Notes under the pieces: model-generated
Told to the model about the DNA's origin: nothing
The model's input: the letters and a program-made list of their open reading frames with translations, nothing else
The model's database searches: none
Shown here: positions 26,860 to 37,153 of the stretch, in pieces
How the letters are laid out: every line of letters starts with the position of its first letter
Numbering within the stretch: position 1 is the first letter of the stretch
Made by a program: the position numbers and the translations under genes
Virus record (IMG/VR): IMGVR_UViG_3300025759_000085
Location: 2,402 to 66,401 of that record
Source: a virus
DNA: 64,000 bases
Direction: 5' to 3' (one strand)

Positions 26860-29800
26860 ATGGCTACCTTACAAGACATAAGAAGTGCGTATAACAACGC
26901 CAAGGCGCAAGGGTTGGAGAGCGAAGCTAGAGAACTAAGCGAGCTCTATGAAAAAGCCTACAACGAACTACAGCGCAAGAAGTACCCATCTTTAGAAGTG
27001 GGACGTGAGGAAGAGACTGGTGTGATTGGTAACTTCTTTAAAGGTATACCCACGGGTGCTGTGGGTTTATATAGTTCAGCCGCGCTAGGCGCTATTGCTC
27101 CTCTTGAAGAAGAGGCAGAACTTGCCGCACGCAAAAAGATCCTAGCAACTCAAGAAGCCCTTTCTTTTGATAACGTAGACGAAGATTCTATAGCGTATAA
27201 CTTAGGCCAAGGTGTTGGTTCTATATTAGGACTTGTACCTGCAGCGTTTGCGGGCCCTGCAGCCATACCAATAGCAGGTGTAGTGTCAGGTGCAGCAGGT
27301 GCGGGAGAATCTAGTGAGCGTGCTAGAGCCGCAGGTGCAACCGAAGAAGAGCGTAATTTAGCCGCCCTGAAAGGTGTAGGTGTTGGTCTAACCGAAATGA
27401 TACCTCTCGGAAGGCTTGCTACTAGGCTAAAAATTCCGGGATTGTCTGATGTAATGGACAAACTGGTAAGTAGGATAGACAGTGATACTGTTAACGGGAT
27501 TGTTACTAGATTACAACGTATGGTCGGTACGGGCATAATAGAAGGTGGCCAAGAAGCATCTGCCGCTATACTACAAAACTTAGTACAAGCAGGGTACGAC
27601 CCCGAACAAGAACTTATTAATATGGGCGTGCTAGAAGAAGGCTCTTATGGCGCTGGTTCTGGTGCTATAGTACAGGGACTTAAAGACGTTTTAAGTAGAA
27701 AAGGTAGAAGAGCTAAAGTAACAGACGATAGTATTGATACTACTGAAGAACGTGTAGAACAAAGAAAGTTTGATGAGCGACAAGAAAAAGCCCGAGAAGA
27801 GCGTGATGATATACAGGGCGATATGTTTGCAGAAGAATTAAATGTCGCTGAACAAGAAGAACGTGATAAACAAGGGCCCCCAAAACCTGTTCAAGATTTA
27901 AAAGAACCGTTGACTGAGCGCGATACTAGTACACGGGATATGATAGACGAGCTAGAAACCGCCGAACTAGAATCTATGGTGGAGCAAGATAAAATAGACT
28001 CTACACGTAAAATAGATACGGCTAGAGATAGGGCTCGAGAAGAGCGCACTATGATAAATAGAAGAACGATACTTAACCGAGTGTTAGATTCTTCTACCAC
28101 CACTAATTCTAGAGCGTTAACTAAGAAGTTTGAAAAAGCCCTGCAACAAGACGGCTACAGAAACCCAAAAGCAACCAAGGCTGAAGTGGCTAGTTTGGAA
28201 TCATACCAACGTACTCAGCGTGCAGAAAAGCCACAGCGTGTTACAGAAGCGGCGAAACAAAAACAATTTGACGATAGGCAAAAAGCTGCTAGGAAAAACC
28301 GCAATACTGAACAAATGGATATGTTCCCTGCCGAACTACAAGAGATGGAAAGTAGACAACCTTTCTTGCCTTCTGACTCAGATCTTAGTAAATTAGAAGC
28401 TAAGATAAAGGAGCAAATCGGAAATGTTGGAAAGCAAACTGCTAGAACACCTGACGAGAGAAGAACTAGAGACCGCATTCAAAGTCGTTCAGAATTCATG
28501 GGACAGAGACGTGCTGATGGTACCCCCAGCGCTGGAAAGCCTCTCCAAGGAAGATTGGATGGTCGTAAGCGTAACACTAGAAGATCTACTAGACGAAAAA
28601 GAGAGCCAGTCTTTGCACTAGGTAGTCAACAGGAACTACAACTAGGGGCTCCACGCCTCCGAACAAAACCAGTCAGACCCGCTACGATGGAGCCTGTTGA
28701 AGCTCCGTTAATTGATACACCCACCACAAAAGAGCGTGTTCTAGATTCTGGTAGAAAAGTAGACCTAGTAAAGTACCCTACTAGCAGTACGCTAGTTCCT
28801 GAACACAGAAAACTAAATCAAGATCGTAGAGCATTAAAAAATGTATACGACCTACCAACCACAAAAAGAATTCAAGATGACTCCTTAGAACGTGCTATAC
28901 CTGCAGATGTTAAAGAAGTATCTATTTACATGCAGAAATTTGATAGCCCAATGAGCGCTTTGTTACATGCCACATATCAAGTAGCTAGCCCTAACAATAA
29001 CCCAATTAAAACTGCTGGAATAACCACTAGAGGGCTAACTCCTAAAAAAGCCGCTAAGGTCTTGGCATGGGCTAAAAAGAATTTAAGTCAAGAAACTAAC
29101 AAAGCCCTACGTACTAAGGTACAACAGTTGCGTGAAGCAGATGCTAAAGCGGCGCAAGAAAAATCTGAAAAAGCTGCTGCTAAGAAAGAGACTGCGGACA
29201 CAGCTAAAAAAGCTGTTAAGACGCGTAAGGCTAAGGTAACTAGGAAGAAAGCACAACCTAAAGCTGAAGCACAACCTAAACCTAAAGCACAGCCTAAAGC
29301 TAAAGCACAACCTAAACCTAAAGCACAGCCTAAAGCTAAAGCACAGCCTAAAGCTAAAGCACAGCCTAAAGCGGAGCCAGCTAAAAAAGGAGTTGAGATA
29401 GACCAAGAGGCTGTAGATAAAAGAAAAGTAGAAGAGGCCAAGCGCGAAATAAAAGTAGAGGTGATGCAACAGATAGCCAAAAAGTGGAAGGACACTGGGG
29501 TATCTTATGGCGCATTGCGACGCATGCTTGATGACTACGGCTCAAAGTACATGCTAAATGAAGCTACTAAAGAAGACATAACTACTGTAGGTAAGCAGTA
29601 CGAAGGTGAGGTAGTTAGAGAAGCTAAAATATCCAAAGCAGATGCCAAGGTATTACTACGTATGGTATCTGACAAAGTAGATAAGTTACTACGTGCAAAC
29701 AAGTTAAAAGAAGCATTGTTAGAACTAGCGAAAACTGCAGAGAGTTCTGAGTTACGAGCTAACGCAAGAAACTTTGCTAACAAGATAGCTGATACAAAAG

Positions 29801-32800
29801 TAGAATTTGTAACTGGTGAAGAAACTGTTAAAAGGTATCCACAGGCTTATAAAAACGCTGATGAAGTGCCATTTGCATACTATGACTACAGAACAGATAC
29901 CATAACCTTAAAAGAAGGTTTCAACACAACTACGCACTTTGTATTGCACGAAACTAGTCACGCATTGAGTGAAGTAGCCATAGAGAAGAATCCTAACTCT
30001 CCTGCTGTCAAGGCTCTATACAAGCTGTTCAATGACCTTGAAGGTAAGTTAGGCACTGCATACGGCACGACAGACATACATGAGTTTTTAGCTGAAGGGC
30101 TTAACAATCGTGTGTTTAGAAAAGAATTAGGTAAGATTAAAGTAGATGGTAAAGAATACACGGCGCTAGATAAATTTATCAATATCATTAAAAACATTTT
30201 ACGTATGTTGCGTGGAGATCCACCTAGACAATTAGGTAGCGCTTTACAAGAAATAGATAGATTAGCAGAAGCTATACTAGAACCTAACCTAGATCCTAAC
30301 TTTAGGTATGTACGTTCCGATAGAGGTTCTATAAGAGAGATGGCTAAATCTACAACAGATAGATTAGAAGAAGCGCGTCTTGAAGTAAAAGAACATCAAC
30401 CCGGAATGTCAGACTTTTGGAAGAACATGAAAGCCCGAGGTGGAGGCCTTAGAAACTTCGCTAAGTTCATACACCTTTCCACACTGGCAGATATAGCTAC
30501 TGTAACAGGTTTTGGAGATCTGGGACACAAGCTACATAGGGAGATAAACAAACAGCGCGGGAGTAGTGATGCCGCTATTGCTAGAAGCGACAAGTTTATA
30601 GAACAACAAAGAAAGTTTTTTGAAGGTGTAGGCGCAAAAGTATTTGCTGCATTTAACCGTATTGTTTACAGCCCAGACTACGGTGCTACCATCTATGACG
30701 TAGACCCTTTCGGCAAGCGTTCAGACTACGAAGGTAAAACACTTGAAACTGTAGATCTAGCAGAAGTATTTGATGAGTTACAACGCGAACTAAACGAGTT
30801 CCCAATTGACGTACAACGAAAAATGAAAGAACAATATAACAGGGAAAAAAGTTATTACGCTTCTACATTTAACGACATTGAAAAAGCTATGGACGTTGAG
30901 ACTGATAGAATTATAAAAGATTCAGGTAACGAGGCAGGTAGGAAGTTATTACGGGATATAAACAGAAAACTGCTATCCAAAGCTAAAATAAAAAACTACT
31001 TTCCATTAGTGCGGGACGATGGTGAGTTTAGAATATGGTTTACTTATACAAGACGAGACCCTAAGACAGGTGAAGCACTTGGTGTTGAGAACGCCTTACT
31101 TACATACGAACATGTAGCGCAACGCGATGCTATGGTGGAAAGACTAGAAGCTGACCCTGACGTAGATAACTCCACTATCAGTAAATTTAATGGAGAACTT
31201 ACAAGACCTTTGTTTGAGAAATCTCCTAGTGGTACATTTGTATCAGATATATTGGACATGTTACAGAAAGAGAACGTTTCGGAATCTATACAAGACCAAG
31301 TGATTCGCATGTATGCCGCTACAACTCCAGAGAATTCTTTTGTGCGTTCACTAATTGCACGTAAGGGAGACTTTGGTTACGACCAAAATGTGATGACTGC
31401 CGCGCAGACAAAGGGTAAATCTTTGGCTTTACAAGCCGCTAAAATAAGATCAGCCGCAGAGATTCGTATGGCAGTTAGAGATATTACTGATAGGGCGACA
31501 GAGTTAAGCAAAGAGGAACCAGACAACGCTAAAATTAATGCTGTCAGAGATGCGCTCATACAAGACCACGCCAATTTTGCATTGATGGGAGCTAAAGATA
31601 AGGGTAAAGAATACTTTATTAAACATGCAAACCAAGTAGCGTTTTTGTACACACTAGGCTTTAACTTATCATCCGCCATTGTAAACATGACACAGGTTCC
31701 ATTATTTGTTATGCCGTACCTAGCGCCACGGTTTGGTGTACAAAGGACTATCGACGAGTTTATGCGATCAGCACGTATGGTTGGTGGCTCCAGAATGTCC
31801 ATAAAAGAATTTTATGATATAAAAGGTACAGGTGAAGGGGCTACCTACACGCTAAAAGAAAGCCACAAGAAGAAGATACGCGAACACGCTATGGACGAAA
31901 AGGCCGCGTTAGAAGAAATAGAACAGCTAGAATCTTTGATACCAGTGATAAAAGAAGCTGATTTACAAGGTAAATTGTTTGGCACAAACATAAACCGAGA
32001 GTTGGGTGTTGACGAGAAGACTAGTAGGTATGACAAACTAATGCGAGCGTCTGCATACTTCTTTGTACAAGGTGAACGCTTTAACACCCAGACAGTAATT
32101 ATAGGCTCTTACAACTTAATACGTCAGCAAATGGCTGAACAGTTTAAGGCAGGTAAGAAATACTACAGCCCTCGTTTGGGTAAAGAAATTGACGTACCTC
32201 CAAATGTAAACGAGTTACGTAAGATAGCCGCTTTGGATGCCATATACCTAACACAAGAAACCAACGGTGGTTCTACCTTAGAAACTACAATGCCCGTAGC
32301 AAAACAAGATGTTGGTAGGTTGGCACTCATGTATAAGAGTTATGGTGTGCTTATGAACTCAGCTATGATAAAAGCGGGTATAAAAGGTATATTACGTATA
32401 TTCTCTACCCCACAAGAAAGAAAAATAGGGCTACAACAATTAGCGGGTATACATTTAAGCGCGGCCTTTTTTGCGGGTATTGGTGGTACTCCCCTGTGGG
32501 GCATAATATCTACGCTTTGGGATCTATTCTTAGATGATGACGAAGATGATGCAGATACAAGGTTACGTAAGTTTATAAAAGAGGATTTCTACAAAGGGCC
32601 GGTATCTACACTTACAGGCATGTCTATATCTGATCGTGTTAAACTAAATGATTTAATATTCCAGTCAAGACGCTACATGCGAGATCCTAGTGTAGAAGCT
32701 AACTTTGGTTACTACTTAGGTGGGCCATTTGTTAGCACTCTAAGTAGATTCCAAAGGGGTATGAAAGACTTTGCGGATGGTAACTTCCTTCGTGCGACAG

Positions 32801-33264
32801 AGTCGTTTGCTCCTGCGGGTGCATCAAATGTGCTGACTTCATTCCGATATTACGATGAGGGTGTGTTAACTAGGGCAGGTGAACCTATGCTTGATGATAT
32901 TAAAGGTGGTGAAATCTTCTCTAAATTCCTAGGCTTTATGCCAACTGACTTGGCATTTAACAGCGAAAAGAGCGCTAGAGACACCAAAGTCACCACTGCT
33001 ATAGCAAAAGAGCGTAAGAAACTTACTGGTAGATACTACAAGGCGTTACGAGATAGAGACTACCAAGAAATGGCTGATACGTGGGAAGACATAAAAGAAT
33101 TTAACAAAAGGCATAAAGGTCAAAAGTTTGTTATATCGCGTGATAATATTAAGGCTTCGGTGAAAGCTCAACATAGATCTGCGGCTACTAAACATAATGG
33201 AGTTGTTGTATCTGCTATGTATAGAGAAGCCTTAATGGATAGTTGGAAAGAATACAGTAAATAA
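26860..33264 (+). CDS. large internal virion (ejection/polyvalent) protein with zincin-like HExxH domain
   Basis: 2134 aa; N-terminal Gly/Ala hydrophobic segments, LHETSHA...HEFLAE zincin signature at about 29944-30100; last gene of the late operon. Confidence 0.7.
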   Translation: MATLQDIRSAYNNAKAQGLESEARELSELYEKAYNELQRKKYPSLEVGREEETGVIGNFFKGIPTGAVGLYSSAALGAIAPLEEEAELAARKKILATQEALSFDNVDEDSIAYNLGQGVGSILGLVPAAFAGPAAIPIAGVVSGAAGAGESSERARAAGATEEERNLAALKGVGVGLTEMIPLGRLATRLKIPGLSDVMDKLVSRIDSDTVNGIVTRLQRMVGTGIIEGGQEASAAILQNLVQAGYDPEQELINMGVLEEGSYGAGSGAIVQGLKDVLSRKGRRAKVTDDSIDTTEERVEQRKFDERQEKAREERDDIQGDMFAEELNVAEQEERDKQGPPKPVQDLKEPLTERDTSTRDMIDELETAELESMVEQDKIDSTRKIDTARDRAREERTMINRRTILNRVLDSSTTTNSRALTKKFEKALQQDGYRNPKATKAEVASLESYQRTQRAEKPQRVTEAAKQKQFDDRQKAARKNRNTEQMDMFPAELQEMESRQPFLPSDSDLSKLEAKIKEQIGNVGKQTARTPDERRTRDRIQSRSEFMGQRRADGTPSAGKPLQGRLDGRKRNTRRSTRRKREPVFALGSQQELQLGAPRLRTKPVRPATMEPVEAPLIDTPTTKERVLDSGRKVDLVKYPTSSTLVPEHRKLNQDRRALKNVYDLPTTKRIQDDSLERAIPADVKEVSIYMQKFDSPMSALLHATYQVASPNNNPIKTAGITTRGLTPKKAAKVLAWAKKNLSQETNKALRTKVQQLREADAKAAQEKSEKAAAKKETADTAKKAVKTRKAKVTRKKAQPKAEAQPKPKAQPKAKAQPKPKAQPKAKAQPKAKAQPKAEPAKKGVEIDQEAVDKRKVEEAKREIKVEVMQQIAKKWKDTGVSYGALRRMLDDYGSKYMLNEATKEDITTVGKQYEGEVVREAKISKADAKVLLRMVSDKVDKLLRANKLKEALLELAKTAESSELRANARNFANKIADTKVEFVTGEETVKRYPQAYKNADEVPFAYYDYRTDTITLKEGFNTTTHFVLHETSHALSEVAIEKNPNSPAVKALYKLFNDLEGKLGTAYGTTDIHEFLAEGLNNRVFRKELGKIKVDGKEYTALDKFINIIKNILRMLRGDPPRQLGSALQEIDRLAEAILEPNLDPNFRYVRSDRGSIREMAKSTTDRLEEARLEVKEHQPGMSDFWKNMKARGGGLRNFAKFIHLSTLADIATVTGFGDLGHKLHREINKQRGSSDAAIARSDKFIEQQRKFFEGVGAKVFAAFNRIVYSPDYGATIYDVDPFGKRSDYEGKTLETVDLAEVFDELQRELNEFPIDVQRKMKEQYNREKSYYASTFNDIEKAMDVETDRIIKDSGNEAGRKLLRDINRKLLSKAKIKNYFPLVRDDGEFRIWFTYTRRDPKTGEALGVENALLTYEHVAQRDAMVERLEADPDVDNSTISKFNGELTRPLFEKSPSGTFVSDILDMLQKENVSESIQDQVIRMYAATTPENSFVRSLIARKGDFGYDQNVMTAAQTKGKSLALQAAKIRSAAEIRMAVRDITDRATELSKEEPDNAKINAVRDALIQDHANFALMGAKDKGKEYFIKHANQVAFLYTLGFNLSSAIVNMTQVPLFVMPYLAPRFGVQRTIDEFMRSARMVGGSRMSIKEFYDIKGTGEGATYTLKESHKKKIREHAMDEKAALEEIEQLESLIPVIKEADLQGKLFGTNINRELGVDEKTSRYDKLMRASAYFFVQGERFNTQTVIIGSYNLIRQQMAEQFKAGKKYYSPRLGKEIDVPPNVNELRKIAALDAIYLTQETNGGSTLETTMPVAKQDVGRLALMYKSYGVLMNSAMIKAGIKGILRIFSTPQERKIGLQQLAGIHLSAAFFAGIGGTPLWGIISTLWDLFLDDDEDDADTRLRKFIKEDFYKGPVSTLTGMSISDRVKLNDLIFQSRRYMRDPSVEANFGYYLGGPFVSTLSRFQRGMKDFADGNFLRATESFAPAGASNVLTSFRYYDEGVLTRAGEPMLDDIKGGEIFSKFLGFMPTDLAFNSEKSARDTKVTTAIAKERKKLTGRYYKALRDRDYQEMADTWEDIKEFNKRHKGQKFVISRDNIKASVKAQHRSAATKHNGVVVSAMYREALMDSWKEYSK
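28424..28621 (+). CDS. putative overprinted 65-aa protein nested out of frame in the 2134-aa gene
   Basis: AAGGAG RBS 10 nt upstream of ATG; amphipathic acidic helical sequence; the host frame is anomalously Arg-rich here. Confidence 0.5.
   Translation: MLESKLLEHLTREELETAFKVVQNSWDRDVLMVPPALESLSKEDWMVVSVTLEDLLDEKESQSLH
29251..29376 (+). repeat. 7 x 18-bp tandem repeat encoding AQPK(A/P)(K/E)
   Basis: GCACA[AG]CCTAAA[GC]C... seen directly. Confidence 0.9.
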
Positions 33265-33298
33265 AAAAACTCCCCAATGCCTCGGAACAAAGGGGAGT
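33263..33298 (-). terminator. intrinsic terminator closing the early/replication arm
   Basis: On the - strand: ACTCCCC-loop-GGGGAGT followed by a T run, at the convergence of the two arms. Confidence 0.65.
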
Positions 33299-33345
33299 CA
33301 AGGGAGTGACAGAAGCAACAAAGGGGAGGAAGTTACTTCTTTTCC
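33263..33345 (-). ncRNA. candidate three-hairpin small RNA with C/U-rich (anti-SD-like) loops
   Basis: Stems AGAAGUAAC/GUUGCUUCU (loop UUCCUCCCCUUU), GUCA/UGAC (loop CUCCCU), then the terminator; TG-n-TATTAT just upstream at 33347-33355. Confidence 0.4.
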
Positions 33346-33352
33346 TATAATA

Positions 33353-33568
33353 TCACACGATCCTCCAAAAGCGTACACCTAACTTGTTACTCTCTATGGA
33401 GGTTAGGGCTTTGTATTTCCAACCTCTTCTTTTAAATATTACGTTAACTTGTTCTCGTGCTTTACGAGCATTGATACATGGGACGAAGACTGAAGCGCCA
33501 ACGCCCATCTTATCCCAACGTACGATAATGCGTACGCCATCAGGTGCTATGTCATCAAGTTTCAGCAT
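33353..33568 (-). CDS. small hypothetical protein (possible DNA-binding)
   Basis: 71 aa, W..M.VG.SVFVP...GVRFWR pattern common downstream of phage primase-helicases; overlaps the end of the upstream gene. Confidence 0.6.
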   Translation of the reverse strand: MLKLDDIAPDGVRIIVRWDKMGVGASVFVPCINARKAREQVNVIFKRRGWKYKALTSIESNKLGVRFWRIV

Positions 33569-36359
33569 CTTCGTCTAAATCAACTTCAGAACAATCTACA
33601 CAAAACACGTGTGTTAGTGGCATCTTGGTTGATGTACCTTTAGTAAGCCTTATCTTTTCATACTTACCTTTAAACTTAGCTTTCAATTCGTCTATCAATG
33701 AACTGTAATTTATCTGTTGTTTAGCAGCCCATGCTTTCAATACTTTAGGTATTATGTATAACTTCTTAACGTCAGTCTCATAACGACCTACCAAGCGAAT
33801 ACGAGGATCAGCTTCAGGTATAACTAGGTCGTCCATACCATTGCCCTGATTCTTACGCATATCATCAGTGCTTTTAATTTTTAGTATGCTACCCCAATGC
33901 TCGTGCACAAAGTCATTCAATGTGTCAGCCGTAGAAGCTATCATATCGCTAGCCATAGTCTTATTCTCTTTTAATAAGCGTAGGGCGTACCTAAAAAAGC
34001 CTTCTTTGTCATACTCTAAGAACCCAAGTTCACTAGCCAACATAAACCCTGCTACAGTAACGGTAGAACCTGCTGACCAATGCCTTTCCTGTGCAGTAAG
34101 CTGTGCTCCTGCATCTAACTTCTGCTGTACTTCTTGTAGTAGGTTTATAACTCTATCCATGTTCTGCATCAGGTATTGCAGATAAGGTACGCCTACAATC
34201 CCATATATGTTTTGAGAGTTAGACTGGTGTTTGTCAGTCAGGTGCTTAGTCTTTGTCTCATCAAATAACTTAACAGCTTTTGTTTCTAGCATACGAGCCG
34301 CTTCGGCCTTCGGAGCATTCTTGAAAGCACTTATTCGTTCAATGACACTAGTGTTACCTGTAGATATAGATAGTAAACTCCACGGCTCACCCCGATGTCT
34401 CTCTGTGTTCGCGCTACCTGCCATCCTGTTACGTTGCCTACCACTAGATAGTTGATATATTAAGTCAGATAGTTCTTCACCCTTGGCGTTTGTTAACTCA
34501 TCAATGTAATAAGGTAAGTTCTTGTATACCTCACCACGTAACATCAATGAATTCTGCGTATCTTTTGCTTCGACTACTAAGGTCTTTGGATTGCCCCAAA
34601 CAGACGCTCCTACGTACATAGCAGTGGTCTTACCTAGTCCAGACTCCTTACTATGAACGTGTAAGCTCGAACATGCGATGGGCATTAACGCCATAAGTGG
34701 TGAACCGAAAGCACTAGCTACTATATATTGGTGTAACTCAAAGCCATCACGGTTATAGAAGTTAGCCATTTCTTTCCACTGCTCTAGCGTACCTTTTGGT
34801 TTGAACGCACTCATCAAACCTGCTGTAGCTTTAGATGGTGGGTTACTCTTTACACCATTTCTTGATATTTCTTGATTGCCTAAAATGAATGCACTGTGTG
34901 TATCATCAGTCCAACCAAACTGGGTACGAGCCAAGTCAGCTTTTGTAGTAGCTTGCAACTCGTTAATCCAAGTAGTCATATAAGTCATAAGTTTATCCAT
35001 CTTTGTTATTGCCACGCCTTGCATGGACATCTGTTTTCTAAATTCTTCTCTTGAAGTTACTGCTGTAAGTGGAACTGTAAATTCACGTACACCGTCCTGT
35101 GGTAGGTGTAAACGTATTACCACAACTTCCCCTAGTTCGACATCTACAATACGACTGACGATGTAAATGTCGTTGTGGTATATAAGTTCCTCAGTAGGAT
35201 CACCTTCTTCATCTGTGGTACGTATATATACACCACCACTAGCGCCACGTATATATGGCTTTGGGTATGTAGGAATTACATACGTAGTAGTAGGTGTGTT
35301 TGGTAGATCAAGTGCAGGTACTTCTACTATATTATCTTCTTCGGTAGCTTCTTTTATGCTACCACCTAACGATATAGGTGACTTGATCTTGCCCCAGTGC
35401 GGACACTTGGTACATACATCAGGCTTGAACTCATCAAAGTGTGCACATTGATAAGGCCCTTTAATTTTGTCAAACTTATCCTGTGTTTCTTCTGCTGAAT
35501 ACTCAGGGTGATTCTTAGACATAACGTGTGCGGCTTTCTGCCCATCAGAACAGAACTTAGCTATAGACAGCCCTGCTCGCCACATAGGCTCACTACACTC
35601 ATCCTGATTTACTACTATGTTAACTAACTGCGCACAGCTAGATTCTCTAGCAATAATATCTTTAAATTTGAATTGTTTGTTTCCCATCAACGCATCCATA
35701 ACTGCGCTGTTAGGCATAGGCTCAAGTGACTTTGTTTCTACCTTATCCGCACCAATGCACTTAGCAAACTCATCTAGCGTCACATACTCTGGTACATGCT
35801 CACTAAAGAATGTTACTTCTGTTGGTGGTTCAGTCTTATGATTGTGCGTAGTAGGTATACGCAGTACACGAGCCGCATCGGCAGTTACTGATGGGTCAAC
35901 AATAAACCCATGATTTTTACATAGCTGTTTAAGGTGCTCGGCTACAGGCTTCCACGTTTCTTTGCTAACAGGTTCAGACAAAGGCCAGTAACAATGTACC
36001 CCTCTACCTGAATCAACTAACAAAGGTCTTGGTAGTTCAACCTTCTTACAAAATCTTTGTAGGGCTTGTAATCCCTCTTTCTTCGTTGGATAATCTCTGC
36101 CTTCCCCGCAGTCGATGTCCATAAAGAAAGACTTTAACTGTTTTACGTTGTCAGCTACACGAGTACCACTTTCTTCAAACGTAGCCAGTGCAAAGTATGG
36201 GCTATACCCACGAGCATCTAGCTTACGTGCTTCTTGTAGTAACGAATCATAGTCTGTATGAAACGTTTGTGGCCTGTCATTTTGTCCTAGCTTAACAGCA
36301 AATAAACAGTAGTACCCGTCTTCCCCTGTGACGTGCCGCAAAAATACTTCTGCATCCAT
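33555..36359 (-). CDS. primase-helicase fusion (AEP/RepB-like primase + DUF927 superfamily helicase)
   Basis: FMDIDCG and VDSGRGVHCYW primase motifs, ARVLRIP; C-x-x-C zinc site; Walker A SKESGLGKTT and Walker B YYIDE. Confidence 0.85.
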   Translation of the reverse strand: MDAEVFLRHVTGEDGYYCLFAVKLGQNDRPQTFHTDYDSLLQEARKLDARGYSPYFALATFEESGTRVADNVKQLKSFFMDIDCGEGRDYPTKKEGLQALQRFCKKVELPRPLLVDSGRGVHCYWPLSEPVSKETWKPVAEHLKQLCKNHGFIVDPSVTADAARVLRIPTTHNHKTEPPTEVTFFSEHVPEYVTLDEFAKCIGADKVETKSLEPMPNSAVMDALMGNKQFKFKDIIARESSCAQLVNIVVNQDECSEPMWRAGLSIAKFCSDGQKAAHVMSKNHPEYSAEETQDKFDKIKGPYQCAHFDEFKPDVCTKCPHWGKIKSPISLGGSIKEATEEDNIVEVPALDLPNTPTTTYVIPTYPKPYIRGASGGVYIRTTDEEGDPTEELIYHNDIYIVSRIVDVELGEVVVIRLHLPQDGVREFTVPLTAVTSREEFRKQMSMQGVAITKMDKLMTYMTTWINELQATTKADLARTQFGWTDDTHSAFILGNQEISRNGVKSNPPSKATAGLMSAFKPKGTLEQWKEMANFYNRDGFELHQYIVASAFGSPLMALMPIACSSLHVHSKESGLGKTTAMYVGASVWGNPKTLVVEAKDTQNSLMLRGEVYKNLPYYIDELTNAKGEELSDLIYQLSSGRQRNRMAGSANTERHRGEPWSLLSISTGNTSVIERISAFKNAPKAEAARMLETKAVKLFDETKTKHLTDKHQSNSQNIYGIVGVPYLQYLMQNMDRVINLLQEVQQKLDAGAQLTAQERHWSAGSTVTVAGFMLASELGFLEYDKEGFFRYALRLLKENKTMASDMIASTADTLNDFVHEHWGSILKIKSTDDMRKNQGNGMDDLVIPEADPRIRLVGRYETDVKKLYIIPKVLKAWAAKQQINYSSLIDELKAKFKGKYEKIRLTKGTSTKMPLTHVFCVDCSEVDLDEDAET

Positions 36360-36390
36360 AATACATTCCTAATTCCGAGGGTGGAGATAG

Positions 36391-36413
36391 CAGGGGGGCA
36401 GTTGCCCCCTTTT
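36391..36413. terminator. GC-rich intergenic hairpin (possible terminator/attenuator)
   Basis: GGGGGCA-GT-TGCCCCC followed by TTTT on +; lies between the SSB and primase genes. Confidence 0.4.
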
Positions 36414-36440
36414 CGGTTATACCTAGCTAAGTTTGTGGGA

Positions 36441-37142
36441 CTAGTCGTCCCAGTCGTCTACGATTGATGCAAGATCAGCGTCAGTCTTTTTTGGTTTAGG
36501 TGTTGCTTTTTTACTGACTTTCTTTGGTTCAGGTGTATCACCAAACTCACCTTCAATAACATTGGTAGTAGGTTTAGCTTCAACAACCTCAAAAGGGTTA
36601 TCATCTTTCTGGAATGTAAAGCCACCTTCAACCTTACCGAATGGCGTGCTAGATTCCATAGGTACATATTTAATTACTTGTACCGCTTTCAAACGTAGTG
36701 AGATTCCTGCTTCACGCATGTTATAGGGCACAAAGATTACAGCCACATTGACTGTACTGCCTGTGGTTAACATGAAATCTTCTGGTAGTTTACTCCCATT
36801 CGAGTCCACTTGTACAGGTTTAAGTGTAGCCTCTTTACCATACGCACCTTTCAACGTGGCTTTGTACACATACATACCATCGTCATCTTTGGTGAATGGA
36901 TTATCAACTTTCTCAGGCCACCCTTTTTCTTTGCGTTCCTCATACGCCTTACACATTTCAAGATACAAAGCCTTAGCTTGATCTTTTGTCATACGAAATT
37001 TAATCTCGTATTTAGCACCATCGTCAAACGCGGTACACGGTACAGTGCGATTTTCTGCGTTATCAAAACGGTATGGTTTATTGATACGAGGCCAAAGAGC
37101 CTCAACGTTTTCTATAATATAACTGCTATTTGTATTAGCCAT
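36441..37142 (-). CDS. single-stranded DNA-binding protein, T7 gp2.5-like
   Basis: LTTGSTVNVAV...GISLRLKAVQVI OB-fold pattern and acidic/aromatic tail IVDDWDD. Confidence 0.7.
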   Translation of the reverse strand: MANTNSSYIIENVEALWPRINKPYRFDNAENRTVPCTAFDDGAKYEIKFRMTKDQAKALYLEMCKAYEERKEKGWPEKVDNPFTKDDDGMYVYKATLKGAYGKEATLKPVQVDSNGSKLPEDFMLTTGSTVNVAVIFVPYNMREAGISLRLKAVQVIKYVPMESSTPFGKVEGGFTFQKDDNPFEVVEAKPTTNVIEGEFGDTPEPKKVSKKATPKPKKTDADLASIVDDWDD

Positions 37143-37153
37143 AATTAATTACC

